DNA from: the human T2T-CHM13v2.0 reference genome, Homo sapiens
Strand: one strand, 5' to 3'
NCBI RefSeq assembly: GCF_009914755.1
Contig: NC_060927.1
Length of the DNA stretch: 64,000 nucleotides
Part shown: positions 24,848 to 51,136 of the stretch, piece by piece
Position numbering within the stretch: position 1 is the stretch's first letter
Layout of the letters: the number at the start of each line of letters is the position of its first letter
Position numbers and translations under genes: made by a program
The notes under the pieces: model-generated
Databases searched by the model: none
What the model saw: the letters and a program-made list of their open reading frames with translations, nothing else
What the model was told of the DNA's origin: nothing

Positions 24848-26138
24848 GTGCCATGTTGGTATGGAACTCGGGCCTCAGGCAGCCCTGCCTCCATGATTTT
24901 GCTAGGTGCAGCCCACATCACTTCTGTCATGAGTTGCAGTTGCACACTGGTGCCTGTAGCTTTCCCAGGCAGGTATTGCACTCTCCTCAGTGTTCTACCC
25001 TTTTGGGGTCCCACTGGTAGCCCTGACCCCACATTTCTGCTGAGCATTATTCTAGTGGAGGCTCTCTGCACCTCTGCCCCTGCAGAAGGTCCCTTTTAGC
25101 TATATTAATCTCCAGATAGTCTCTAGATCCTCTCCTGAAAATGCTCTTTCATGCTCTACCACATGGTCAGGCTGTGAATTTTCCAAATTTTTATGCTCTG
25201 CTTCCCTTTGAATTATAAATTCTGTCTTTAAATAAGTATTCTCTCTCTCATTTTACTGTAAGTGGCTAAAAGCAGCCATGCAGCATGTTGAGTGCTTTGC
25301 TGCCTAGATACTTTATTTTAATTTTGAGATGGAGTCTCACTCTGTCACCCAGGCTGGAGTGCAATGGGATGATCTTGGCTCACTGCAACCTCTGCCTCCT
25401 GGGTTCAAGTGATTCTCCCTGCCTCAGCCCCCTAAGTAGCTGGGATTACAGGCATGCACCACCACGCTCGGCTAATTTTTGTATTTTTAGTAAAGATGGG
25501 GTTTCCACATGTTGGCCAGGCTGGTCTCAAACTCCTGACCTCAGGTGATCTGCCCACCTCAGCCTCCCAAATTGCTGGGATTACAGACATGAGCCACCGC
25601 GCCGGCCTATTTTATTTTTTCTTTTCAAAGCTGCTTAGATATTTCTTCTTCCAGAAATCATAGCTTTGGTAATTAAATTCTTTGGGTAATTAATCCAGAC
25701 CCAGAGAGCACTCCCAAAAGATGGCATTAATCCCTTCAGCCCTCTCAGGTTTGGCCATCCCCAAAGCCCTAGGACATGGATACAATGCCACCAAGTTCTT
25801 TGCTATTTTATATAATGACCTTTGCTCCAGTTCCCAATAAGATATTCCTCATTTCCATCAGAGACCTCTTCAGAATGGCCTTTACTGTCCACATTTCTAC
25901 GGACGTTCTGTTCACAACCACTTAAGTAATCTCTAAGAAGTTTCAGACTTTCCCTAATCTTCTTGTTTTCTAAGCCATCACCAGAATTTCTCTTAATGAC
26001 CCATTTATAGCAATCTAGGCTTTTTCTAGCCTGCTCCTCCAAATTCTTCCAGCCTCTAACCATCACCCAGTTCCAAAGCTGCTACCACATTTTCAGATAT
26101 TGTAATAGCAACAACCCTACTTCTTGGTCCCAATTTTC
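24848..26138 (-). mobile_element. MaLR internal fragment (interrupted by an Alu)
   Basis: Minus ORF 25803-26066 (RGWKNLEEQ...ESLKLLRDYLSGCEQN...EEVSDGNEEYLIGNWSKGH) is the characteristic MaLR-int ORF and abuts the LTR. Confidence 0.8.
25311..25606 (-). mobile_element. AluS inside MaLR internal sequence
   Basis: Full Alu body. Confidence 0.9.
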
Positions 26139-26547
26139 TGTCTTACCCTGTTTTCTGTTGCTATAACAGAACACCTAGACTGGGTAATTTATATAGAAAG
26201 GAGATTTATTTGGCTCATGGTTCTGGAGGATGGAAAGTTCAAGATCAGGTGGTCTCATCCGGCCAGGGTCTCATGTTGCATCATAATATGATGGATGCCA
26301 TCACATGGTGGGAACACGTTTGAAAGAGACAAAGCATGAGAGGCAACCTTGGTTTATAATAACCTGCTCTTTTGGTAATTAATCCAGACCCAGAGAGCAC
26401 TCCCACAAGATGGTATTAAGCCCTTCATGAGGGATCCCTCATAATCCAAACACCTCTTAAAGTTCCTACCACCTCTCAATACCATTACATTGAGGACCAA
26501 GCTGCAACATGAGTGTTGACGGGGACAAACCATATTCAAACCATAGC
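26139..26547 (-). mobile_element. MaLR LTR (MST/MLT1A-type), 5' LTR
   Basis: TG...CA termini; tgtctt...ctgttgctataacagaacacctagactgggtaatttata...aaaccatattcaaaccatagca is the MST/MLT1A pattern. Confidence 0.8.
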
Positions 26548-27109
26548 AACTACCAAAACTCATTAAAAAATCTGCTTGTGAGGCTATGGAGTGTGCCACA
26601 GATACTGAATCACTGAGACCGTTCAGACCATTTTTGATTAGAAGCCAACTGTTAGGATTTTTGGACTGCAAGATGGTTTATTGAGTTTTACTGTATTTAC
26701 ATATATAAATATGCACAAAAAAGTGTTCAAATCACTTAGAATAGGAAGATGCTATTTTTGAAAATGATTTTAGAGAACTACAAGAAAAGAAGAAATTGGG
26801 GTCTTTGAGGACAGAAACTTCAAATGTTAAATTTAAAAAAAAATTTTTATTGTTTCAAATATTGCATCTACCTCATTTTCTCCTGGGACTTTGTTTACAT
26901 GTGTATTAGACCTCCTCACTGTATTATCAGTCTCTTATCCTTTCTTCTCTATTTTCCATTATTTTTGTGGCAGCATTTTGAGTCCTAGAGTGATGTGTTC
27001 TTCCAGGGAGGATTTTCATATACAGCTGTCAAGCAATCTGGAATTGTCCTTTCCATTTGTAAGGATTAAGATGATTTGAAGTTGGGCTCCAGTCCTTGTG
27101 TTGTTGATC

Positions 27110-30560
<3,451 letters not shown>

Positions 30561-30701
30561 GGTGTTTTTGAAATGTTTATTTATATAAGGACATACAAAA
30601 TATTGCATAGAAAGCATATGATTTTAAATTCCACTTGATATTTATTTTCTAGGACACTATAATTACAATTAGACAGAAATGTAATCTTTTTATTGTTGCA
30701 G

Positions 30702-30786
30702 ATTTCAAGTTCCACCTATAAAGACAGGAATGAGGAATACAGAAGACAGTTCACACATCTACCTGATACAGAGAGGCTGATAGCAG
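30702..30786 (+). CDS. GRAMD1C: GRAMD1C exon 3 (ISSSTYKDRNEEYRRQFTHLPDTERLIA), start of GRAM region
   Basis: Acceptor ttgttgcag|ATT, 85 nt, donor CAG|gtaaaa; peptide fits the GRAMD1-family YKxRNExFxxxFxxLPxxERLI motif. Confidence 0.95.
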
Positions 30787-30909
30787 GTAAAATAGAAATT
30801 TTCAAAAAAAAGTTTTATTACCTCATTATAAAAAGAAAACTGATAAGTGACAGTATATGTAATAAAATTTAAGCCTTTATGCTAGACAGAATATAATTTT
30901 CAAGTTAAG

Positions 30910-31930
30910 CATCATCCTTATGATCCAGCAATCCCATTTCTGGGTAGATATCCAAAAGAAAGGAAATCAATATATTGAAGAGATATCTGCACATTCATGT
31001 TTATTGTAGCACTATTGACAATACCGAAGATATGGAATCAACCTAAGTAGCCATCAATGGATGAATGGATAAAGAAATTGTGGTACATAAATGCAATGAA
31101 ATATTATTGAGCCATAAAAAAGAATGAAATGCTGTCATTTGCAACAGTGTGGATGGAACTGGAGGACATTATGTTAAATGAAATAAGCCAGGCACAAGAA
31201 GACAGATATCCCATGTTCTCACTCATATGTGGGAGCTAAAAAGAAATTGATCTCATGGAGATAGAGTAGAATGATGCCAGGTGTGGTGACTCATGCCTGT
31301 TATCCCAGCACATTGGGAGACTGAGGCAGGAACATTGCTTGAGCCCAGGAGTTCCAGACCAACCTGGTCAACATAGTGAGATCCTGTCTGTATTATAAAA
31401 AAAAAAAATTAGCCAGGTGTGGTGGTATGTGCCTGCAGTCCCAGCTGCTCAAGAGGCTGAGATGAGAGAATCACTGAGCCCAGGAATTGGAGACTGCAGT
31501 GAGCTATGGTGGTGTCACTTCACTCTACCCTGGGCAACAGAGTGAGACCCTGACCCACCCCCAAACCCCCGCTCAAAAAAAAAAAGAGAGAGAGAGTAGA
31601 ATGATGGTTACCAGAGGGCTGGGAAAGGTACTATGAAGGGAAGATAAAAAGGAGATGGTTAATGGGTACAAGAATACAGTTAGATAGAAGGAATAAGATA
31701 TAGTGTTCAGTATCACATGGGGAGACTATAGTTAACAGTAATTTATTGTATATTTCAAAATAGCCAAAAGAGTGGAATTGGGATGTTTCTAATACAAAGA
31801 TATGATAAATAGTTGAGGTGATGATATCTCAATTACTTTGATTTGATCATTACAAAATATGTGCTTATTCCAGTATATCACATTACTCCATAAACACAAC
31901 CATTCAGTATCCATAATAATTAAAAATTTT
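30910..31930 (+). mobile_element. L1MA-type 3' end with AluJ insertion (about 31275-31590, TSD AGAGTAGAATGATG)
   Basis: tatgatccagcaatcccatttctgggta...gaaatcaatatattgaagagatatctgcac...ggatggaactggaggacattatgttaaatgaaataagccaggcac. Confidence 0.88.
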
Positions 31931-31986
31931 AAAAAAGATAAGCAGCATCTTCATAATTAGACAATGGAAAACTCAATTGCAATTCA

Positions 31987-32313
<327 letters not shown>

Positions 32314-32574
32314 TCAATATATATTTACCTCCAGAAAAATACACTTTCTAACAGATGTACTCATAGAGAAACTTCACAAATGTTCTAGGGCTAAATCATT
32401 ATTTGTGTAATTGTTCACATGGATTTTTTTTTGAAGTAGGCTTTAAGAGGAAAAATTTAATCATTTTTCTTTTAAAAGTGCTTTATTTTTTACTATAAGC
32501 TTAATATATACTCATGACAATAAAACTACAGAGCTAAGTTTTAGTTTTAGTATATATTTAATTGAAAACATTTA

Positions 32575-33153
<579 letters not shown>

Positions 33154-33574
33154 TTATTTATATGAATTTCTCAGATTTTTGGTACTATTAGGAAATGTTT
33201 AATTCAGTGTCTAGAACTCGATGAATTTCTAGACAGCTCAGCTCAATAAATATCATAATGAATTAAAGCAATTTTTAAAAACATTGCTTATTGGAAGTAA
33301 TACAGTCCCATGATAAAATTTGCAAATGGTACATAAGGACATAAAGTGAAAAGTGAAAAGTGAGTGATCCTTACAACCAAGACCACTTCAATGTTCTTCC
33401 TGGGAGATAACCACTGTTAGTAATTTCTTAGGTATAATTTCAGAAAATTTCTATATGTATTTAGGATTATATATATAGAAAAAAACTTAAATGGGAACAG
33501 ACTGTGATTATTGTTTTGAATCTTGCTTAGATCTCTTTTTTATTTGCTATTTGCACTACTATGAATCCACTTCA

Positions 33575-34498
<924 letters not shown>

Positions 34499-34590
34499 TC
34501 AAAAAAGTCTGCTGATATATATCAAATAGTCTTCAGTTAAATAATCTAAGTAGTTACTATGCCTTTGAACATAGTTAATGTAAAATAATA

Positions 34591-35082
<492 letters not shown>

Positions 35083-35566
35083 ATTGATAAAATGGTTTGG
35101 TGGTTTGGAAAAAAATTTCAGGATATTTCAAGGTGACCTTTAGCCCAATCTCTGTTTTAGTGATGAATACTAGTTAATGGGTAACCTAACCTGCTTAATT
35201 ATTTACAAGAAAATTCTGTTTGGTGGCACCTCACTTTTGTTTTGCTGATGGAAGCATTGTGAAAGACTGAATTACTTTGCTCAATTTTTAGTATTTGCTT
35301 AGACATTTAACATGACTAAGTGGAAACATTTTGAGATTTATTCAACATCTACCTAAAATTGCTAATTAGTTTATAGAGTTTTAAAATTTAGCAGTTAAGC
35401 TAAATCTCCTCATAGCAGCCCTTTGTATCTTATATTACTAATAATTTAGCAGTACAGTTTACATTCTCCACAGAGCCAGATCTTAACCTTAAAGGTATGG
35501 TATTAACTTGTTTGGCAGGCAGACTTGATTTTGCTGGACTTTAGTGGTGAGGTGGAGAGAATCAAC

Positions 35567-35852
35567 TTTTTTTTTTTTTGGAGACAGAGTCTCGCTCCCT
35601 GGAGTGGAGTGGCACGATCTTGGCTCAGTGCAACCATCACCTTCCAGGTTCAAGAGATTCTCCCGCCTCAGCCTCCTGAGTAGCTGGGATTACAGGTGCC
35701 CACTACCATTGCTAATTTTTGTATTTTTAGTAGAAACAGGGTTTCCCCATGTTGGCCAGGTTGGTCTCGAACTTCAGAACTCAAGTGATCCGCTGGCCTC
35801 GGCCTCCCAAAGTGTTGAGATTACAGGCATGAGCCACTGTGCCCAGCCCAGC
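35567..35852 (-). mobile_element. AluS
   Basis: Alu body with poly(T). Confidence 0.87.
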
Positions 35853-35894
35853 TGAGAGAAACAACTTTGAAACTGACTTAAAATGTATACAATT

Positions 35895-36590
35895 TTCTGA
35901 GTCATCTTTGACCCCTCTTTACTTTTGTCTAACATCTAATCAATCACCAATTCACCATCAGTACTACCTCCTAAATATGTCTTAATCTAACTACTCTGTC
36001 TCTTACTATGGTCACCTTCTGGTCTGAGTCACCATCAACTTTTCTCTGGACTTCCAACTGATTTATCATAATTCATTCTCACAATGTGAATAAAGTAATC
36101 TTTAAATATATACATCTGTTCCTGTTCCTTCCACTTAAAGGTCATCGGTGGCATCTCATGACAACCACAGTCTACCATGGCTTGTGAGACTTTACATGAT
36201 GTAGCTTCTCCAGCTTCTCCAGCCCAAAGATCTAATAGTTCCTCAAATGTGCTGTGTTTCTTTTTACCAAAAGGCCTTTGCATGTGCTGTTCCCTTATGA
36301 TCCTTCTGACCCTTTATTGATCTTTTCATGTTAAAGATCAGTTTTTTTTTTAGGAGAATCCTTCCTGATGCACACTCTCTGCCCTGCCCTCCTCATACCT
36401 GCCTATGCTCTCATAGCTTTCTCTACACTTGGGTCATTATCATATTTATTTTCATATTTGTTTATTTTCTGCCTTCCCTTACATTGTGTTCCATGAAGGC
36501 AAGAGCCATTTCTGCTAATCCTAGTACACAGCAAAATATCTGACATATGGTGTCCAAAGTAGATGAAGGAATGAATGAATGAACTAATGA
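35895..36590 (+). mobile_element. L2 3' fragment
   Basis: gtcatctttgacccctc...ggcctttgcatgtgctgttccc...ends in (GAAT)n. Confidence 0.7.
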
Positions 36591-36689
36591 ACAAAAAGTG
36601 ATGACTTTCCATCTGTTGAAATATAGTATAAGGTCTATTAATTTCTCAGATTTTCGTGAATAAGCTGTATCTTATTTTTGTGTATATAG

Positions 36690-36793
36690 ATTATGCTTGT
36701 GCTCTTCAGAGGGACATTTTGCTTCAGGGACGACTATACCTTTCAGAAAACTGGCTATGTTTCTATAGCAACATCTTCAGATGGGAAACTACA
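36690..36793 (+). CDS. GRAMD1C: GRAMD1C exon 4 (DYACALQRDILLQGRLYLSENWLCFYSNIFRWETT), GRAM core
   Basis: Acceptor tgtatatag|AT completes a split Asp codon, 104 nt, donor ACA|gtaaga; canonical GRAM motif CAL..ILLQGRLYLSENWxCFYSNIF. Confidence 0.97.
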
Positions 36794-37372
36794 GTAAGAC
36801 ATTTTGCATTTGATTTGTTGATACAAATAATTGCATAGAGATATATACAGTTCTTCCAAAAACTCTACTTTAGATGATTCCAAAGTAAATTTATATATAT
36901 TTGTGCATCTAAATTAGTGTGCATGTAAATACAAACATGTGTTGTATATATAAGTGTATAATATATTTTTCTGATTTAATACATTGAGCTCCAGTATAGT
37001 TAGAGAAAGATATTTTAATTGAAAAAAAGCTTGAACATATATCTTAATGGCTGCCAAAACCATGTCTTAAGTGACAGACTGTCTGATTTTTGTTTGTGTG
37101 TTAATGTGGAGCATGAACACCCACATGTCTTTTCAAACTTTATACTAATGTTAGATAGAGGAGTTGTTGGGGGAGAATACTGCAGGGCAAACTGCTTACC
37201 CTGTTTTTCTCAGAGAATACAAGCGTGTACTTATTAACTCCTTCAAGTCGAAAAACCTGAAGAATATTCAACTGTGAAGTTGAATATTCTGGATTAGATT
37301 GATGGGATACTTGGCATTTTGTATTGTGTATGTTTCTGAAAAATACATTAAAAAAATTTTTTGTGTGTTTAG

Positions 37373-37468
37373 ATTTCTATTGCTTTAAAGAATATAACCT
37401 TCATGACCAAGGAAAAAACTGCTCGACTCATCCCAAACGCTATCCAGATAGTTACAGAAAGTGAAAAG
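37373..37468 (+). CDS. GRAMD1C: GRAMD1C exon 5 (ISIALKNITFMTKEKTARLIPNAIQIVTESEK)
   Basis: Acceptor tgtgtttag|ATT, 96 nt, donor AAG|gtgaaa; KEKTAxLIPNAIQ GRAM motif. Confidence 0.96.
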
Positions 37469-38014
37469 GTGAAAACTTTCCTATCTTTGTTATATTACAT
37501 AATGTGAAGAAAATCTGCCTCATACTCATCATCAATGTTGGGAAATTAGGCAGTTCTTCCTGGAGTTAGGAATATCTGATACACATATGTTTAATACTAG
37601 AATTCTGTATGCAGTTATATTAGTGGTTAACTTTAAATGACTGCTGACTTTTTTGTACTTTATAGTTTACAGATAACTTTCACTCATATTTTTCATTTCT
37701 AGGCAGGGTAACATTAGCACAATGTCCTTATTTCTAAATACTCTAATAATCCCATGAGTATTTTTCAGTCAGTAATAACTGCACAATAGCAACTAATAAA
37801 AAATGCTCCTGGTGAACAGAGATTTGGACAGCATACACATAAACACTAACCACTGTATTCTTTTTTTAAAAAATGGCAATTATCTTTAACTGACATAATT
37901 TTTATTATTCACCTACAATGTCTGCCATTTCTTAGTGGGGATATATCAAGAATATTTCTTAACCACCTGGAAAATTGGTTAGGGCCCTGTGTGAGAGACA
38001 TTAGAAGTGTAGTG

Positions 38015-38145
38015 ATGAGAAAGAAAAAGAATAAAGAAGGAGAGGAAGGAAAGAAAGAAAAAAAAAAAGGAAAGAGAAAAAAAGAGGAGGGGTAGGGAGG
38101 GAGAAAAAGAGACAGGGAGAGTTTTGGGGGAGGAGGGGAGAGAGA
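38015..38145 (+). repeat. Purine-rich (GA) low-complexity tract
   Basis: About 130 nt almost entirely A/G. Confidence 0.85.
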
Positions 38146-38230
38146 ATTAGTACCATGATATTAAATCTTTGTAATTATACTTTTTAATCTTGTGGAGATT
38201 CTTCTAAATTCACTTTAAATTTTATCTTAC

Positions 38231-39960
<1,730 letters not shown>

Positions 39961-40133
39961 TATCCTTAATATAGTTACTTATTTAACCACTGGGCCTTTG
40001 TATAACCAATCTTCATCTCCACTGCCACCCCTCTCCCACATGGATGCCTCATTGCCTGAGTTGGTTTCTGACACTTAGAATCAGGTTGCTGCCCATCACA
40101 CCATGACACAGAGGCTCTCATGTAAAAATTCTC

Positions 40134-40509
<376 letters not shown>

Positions 40510-40889
40510 CTACAGGGACACCCTCTGTTCCCTGCTTGTGCCAGTTTGTCACTATGTGTGGTTGCTGTCCCCACCCTGCTCAGGCTCTGATACTCCAGCA
40601 CAAGACCACCTTCATGAGCTCTGTAACACTACGCCACCCTCACCTGCTCTGGTTCTGACATGTCATTGTAGGGCATGCTCATTTGTGGCCACTCTTCACC
40701 ATGTTTGGTCTTTGACACTTGACACCACACAAAAAGCTACCTCTTTATGTGGTCACCCTCCTTGAGCTCTGACTTGTGCTCCTGCTCCATACTTTTTTCA
40801 CCCCATTCTTGTTCTAATACAGTTCTCCATGTCATCCCCATATGTGGAGGCTGTTACTCATTTGGGCTCTGACACTCCACACGGGATGA

Positions 40890-41238
<349 letters not shown>

Positions 41239-41894
41239 TAGGCTACTTTTTTAGCCTCTCTTGCCTCCCACACTCCTAGTGTGGATGCCTACTTTTCTCT
41301 TTTCCACCAATAGCTTTAGGGCTGAACTGTTCAGGAAGGAAAGAGGAAGACTTAAATATTCTTAGTTTTACAATTAATACATAATATACCTTTTCTTTTT
41401 TTTAACAAAATCATCAAACAGTTTCAAAACTAACATCTTCATTCCATACCCATAATCCCCAATTCCATTTTCTTTCTAGAGGCAAATGCTATCAGTTTGG
41501 TATATATCTTTTCAGACTTCCTTTCTTTTTATTTACATACAGGCATGCATATATAAATGTATAGTTTTGCTCTTTTTTAAAAAAAGTAAATGTAATCTTA
41601 CATGTGTTGTTTTTCGGCTCTCCTTTTTTTTTAAAAAACAACATTATCTCTTGTAGTTGTAGGTCTGCACGTGTAGATAGACCCACCTCTTTTTTAAAAA
41701 ATGCTGTATGGTATTTCATAGAATGGATATACCATGATTTCCTTTACAGTTAGTTTCTTTCTAATATTTTATTATTACAAACAGTGCTGCAGTGAACAGC
41801 CTGACCATGCCCTCTTATGCTCATGTGTGACTGTTTCTCACATATGTATTGGAATTTCAGGATCAAACATTTAAATTTTAATAATGACAGTAAG

Positions 41895-42130
41895 TCAGCA
41901 TTTACTGAACACTTACTGTTATCTAGACACTGCTTTAAGCTCTTTACATATATTTTCATATGTAATTCTTATAAAGATCCACTATGATAATTATTCTCAT
42001 TTTGCAGATGAGAAAACTAAAGAAAAGAAAAGTGAGCCAATTCACAGTACTAACAACAGGTGATAGAACAAGAATGTGAACCCAGTTCATTTAATTGCAG
42101 AGACCCTGGTCTTAGCTTCCTCACTATGTT
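41895..42130 (-). mobile_element. MIR
   Basis: catttactgaacacttact...attctcattttgcagatgagaaaactaaag MIR core. Confidence 0.7.
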
Positions 42131-42342
42131 AACTCAATGATTTCATTTTTTCATCATCATGGTAAAAGATTCTGTACTACTAAATATTCACCCCTTTTAT
42201 GTACTCTATGACTAAAGGAAGGCTAATCATAGCAATTTTAGTTGTTTTGGGTTCTAGAATATGTTCTATGCCCCAGCGACTTAGAGGTATCATTATCTAG
42301 AACTCTTCCCAAACTCATAAGAAGGCTATTATTGAATCAAGA

Positions 42343-42690
<348 letters not shown>

Positions 42691-43959
42691 TGAAGTTGGA
42701 TATCTAGCAAGGAATAAAAGAAAGGTAGTAATTTATGTAGATTATCCAGAAAGCTGGGCGTTTTAAGGAGTTGGGAATGTGGTGGTTGTGCGTGAGAGTG
42801 GATAAAGTTAATACTAAGCTATATAGTACAAGAAGTGGGAATTAGCAAGCATAACACAGTGGTGAAAATGAGATAGACTAGGAGATTTTTAAAATCTATA
42901 TATCTGAACACAGGGTTGTAAGGTTATTATGATTAGGCAAAACAATTTGGCCTAAGAAAAGGGAATAGGGAACAGCATGTATTGATTGTTAGATCACATA
43001 TTATATATATAATTCTATTTGGAAGAGATCCTGCATATATCTTCTTTGTAAAAAGTTTTGCTTTATGAATAATGTATAGCAAAGTTTCAATTTAATGAAT
43101 TAGAAAATAGCACTCTAAAGTCTTTCTGTGAAAATCATTAGCATCCAAAATATTATTTGTTTGATATTTTACTTAATAAAATAACTTAATCCAGCATAGA
43201 ACTGAGCTTTCTCCTTCCTAAGGATAACTGCTGAGCCATGAAAGGTCATTAACTAGGGAACTGGAAGAGATAACACACTGAGAAGACTGTATTTAGTGCT
43301 GTCTTGTTGCATTTTCTTATAAAAGCCTATTTTAAAATATGACTTTGCAAAAATCAATTAAATAAAAATGTAGAATTATAGATTGAAACATACTACTTTT
43401 CTCTTATAGCATTCAAAGGAAAGTGCAGTGTTAGCATGGGTACTTTATAATTAGCAGAGAGAGGTATTTCTGGAGTTTTTAGAAGACCATGAAAACTGAT
43501 ATAATTAAAAATTAAGATCCTTAAATCTATCTCTGAAATCCACATGTATTTTTTTCTTATTCCTTTGTGTATACTTGGCTCAAGTGGCAGCCAATTCATA
43601 TCTCTTCGCAAAGTTCAGAATAAAATAAAGTTTCATTTTTTCATAATTTTATTTAGATTGATTTCCACAATTAAACTGATAAACATAAATAGCTACCTAT
43701 TTCAAGTCCCCATTGCTAGTAAATACTGACAAAATTGTGTTTATTGGAAGATAAAATTAGTAAAGACACCTTGTTCATATAGCAACTACCCGTGTTTCTT
43801 CTATTATAACAAAAAGTTAAATAAAAATAGTATACAAAGTAGGCAGTGTTGACCTACTAGTTTGTTTTAACCATAAGCAAGTCCGCATAGACTTTCATGA
43901 CAGATAATCTGCTTTTATTTTCCATGACACTAAAATTCTCCTATTATTTTTCTTTGCAG

Positions 43960-44040
43960 TTTTTCTTCACATCTTTTGGTGCCAGGGATAGAAGTTACCT
44001 CAGTATCTTTAGGTTGTGGCAGAATGTATTATTAGATAAG
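43960..44040 (+). CDS. GRAMD1C: GRAMD1C exon 6 (FFFTSFGARDRSYLSIFRLWQNVLLDK)
   Basis: Acceptor tttctttgcag|TTT, 81 nt, donor AAG|gtaagt; FFTSFGARDR..IFRLWQN motif ending the PH-like GRAM fold. Confidence 0.96.
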
Positions 44041-45758
44041 GTAAGTGTTCATACCAGAGGCAGTTGCTTATTATAAGAACCTCCTAGTGTATTTGTGAAT
44101 TGAAGAGCTCCTTCTTATTTTTCTTAACTAAATTTGACTAGATAATTGAAATTCTAAGTAGAAACTTCAATCAAAGCAAGATCTATAGTTACAAGTTAAG
44201 ATGTTAATTATAATCCCCAGGATAATCACCAAGAAAATAAATAAAAATAAAAAATAAGCAGCAAAGGAATTAAAATGATACACTAGAAAATATGTTTTTA
44301 ACATATAGGAAGGCAGTAATGGTGGCACACAGGGACAAAGATGACACAGGACATATAGAAAACAAACAGCAAAATAGCCATTAAACATAAGTGGATTAAA
44401 CACTGCAACCAAAAGGCAGAGATAGGCAGAATGAAAAAATACATGAACCAAGCCAGGCACAGTGGCTCATACTTGTAATCTTAGCACTTTGGGAGTCTGA
44501 GGTGAGCGGATTGCTTGAGCCCAAGAGTTTGAGACCACCCTGGGTAACACAGCAAAACCCTGTCTCTACAAAAAATACAAAAATTAGCTGGGTGTGGTGA
44601 CGCTTACCTGTAGTCCCAGCTACTTGGGAGGCTGAGGTGGGAGGATCACCTGAGCCCAGGATGTCGAGGCTGCGGTGAGCCATTATCGTGCCACGGCACT
44701 CCAGCCTGGGTGACAGAGTGAGATCCTGTTTCAAAAAAAAAAAAAAAACAACCATGATCCATCTATCCATCTTATATGCTGTATATAAGAGACAAATTAG
44801 ATTCAAAGGCACAAATAGATTGAAAGTAAAAGGAAGAAATATGATACACCATGCAAACAGTAACCAAAACAGAACAGAAGTGAATGTAGTAATATCAGAC
44901 AAAATAGACTTTAAGACAAAAATTATTAGAGACAAGGAAGAATAAAGGCTCAATTCATCTGGAATTCATAACAATCATAAACATATATAGACCTCGTACA
45001 GAGGCCCAAAATATACAAGCAAAAGTTGGCAGAATTGAAGGGAAACTAACAATTCAACAGTAAAACTTGGGACTGCGTGTGGTGGCTCATGCCTGTAATC
45101 CCAGCACTTTGGGGGACTTGAGGCAGGCGGATAGCTTGAGTCCAGGAGTTCAGGGCCAGCCTGGGAAACATGGTGAAACCCCATCTCTATTTATTTAATA
45201 TATAATTAGCAAAAAATGTTGGAAAATTCAATACCCAACTTTCAATGAGAGATAGAACAACTAGACAGAAGACCAACAAGGAAATATAAGACTTGAACAC
45301 CACTATAGACTAACTAAAAGACATCTATGATGCACTCCACCAAACAGTAGCAGAATATATATATATCCTTTTCAAGTGCACATGAAACATTCTCCAGAAT
45401 AGACGATATGCTAGGTCAAAAAACAGGTGTCAGTACATTTAACAGTACTAAAATAATACTAAATACGTTCTCTGAGCACAATGGCATGAAATTAGAAATA
45501 AATAACGAAGGACATTTGGAAAATTCACAAAAAGTGGAAATTAAACAGAATACTTGTAAATAACCAATGGGTGAAAGAAGAAATCATGAGGGAAATTAGC
45601 AAATACTTTGGGTTAGATGAAAACAACAACAAAACATACCAAAACCTATGGGATGCAGCTAAAGCAGTATTTAGAATGACATTTATAACTGTAAACATCT
45701 ATATTAAAAAAGAATGATAGTGAATCAATAACCTATATTTCTGCCTTAAGAAATTAGA

Positions 45759-47842
<2,084 letters not shown>

Positions 47843-47934
47843 AAATTAGAAAAAGGACAGCAAACTAAATGCAAAGCAAGAAGAAGCAAGGAAATAATAA
47901 AGATTATAACAGAAATGAATGAAGTAAAGAATAG

Positions 47935-48945
<1,011 letters not shown>

Positions 48946-49489
48946 TTAGCTAGATCAACCAAGAAAAAAAGAAGACTACAATTGTAAAATTTAGGACTGA
49001 AAGTGGTGACAATACTACTAACCTTATAAAAATAAGAAAATTATAAGGAAATATTATGAATAATTGTATGCCAACAAATTATTTACCCTAAATGAAATGG
49101 ATAAGTACTTAGAAAGTCACAAACTACAAAAACTGACTCAAGTAGAAATAGAGAATTTGAATAGACCTATAACAAGAAAAGAGATTGAATTAATGATAAA
49201 GAACCTACCACAGAGAAAAGCCCAGGCCCAGGTGGCTTCATTGGTGAACCAACTGTTTACAGTAGAATTAACACCAATCCTTCACCCAGTATTCTAAAAA
49301 TAGAGGGAACACTTCACAACTTGATCTATGAGTACAGTATTACCTTGATACCAAAACCAGACATCACCACAGGAAAACTCTGGACCAGTATCCCTTATGA
49401 ACAATGACACAAAAATCCTCAACAAAATATTAGCAAATCAAATCCAGCAATGTATGAAAAGGTATATACTATTATCAAGTAGAATTTAT

Positions 49490-50795
<1,306 letters not shown>

Positions 50796-50844
50796 AAATG
50801 GTTTAAGGGGAACAGTAGAGATTTCCTGCAGATAAGAAAGCCTC

Positions 50845-51136
<292 letters not shown>

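Noticed and set aside
36656-36838. 60-aa ORF as a standalone gene
   Set aside because: It is GRAMD1C exon 4 plus intronic read-through.
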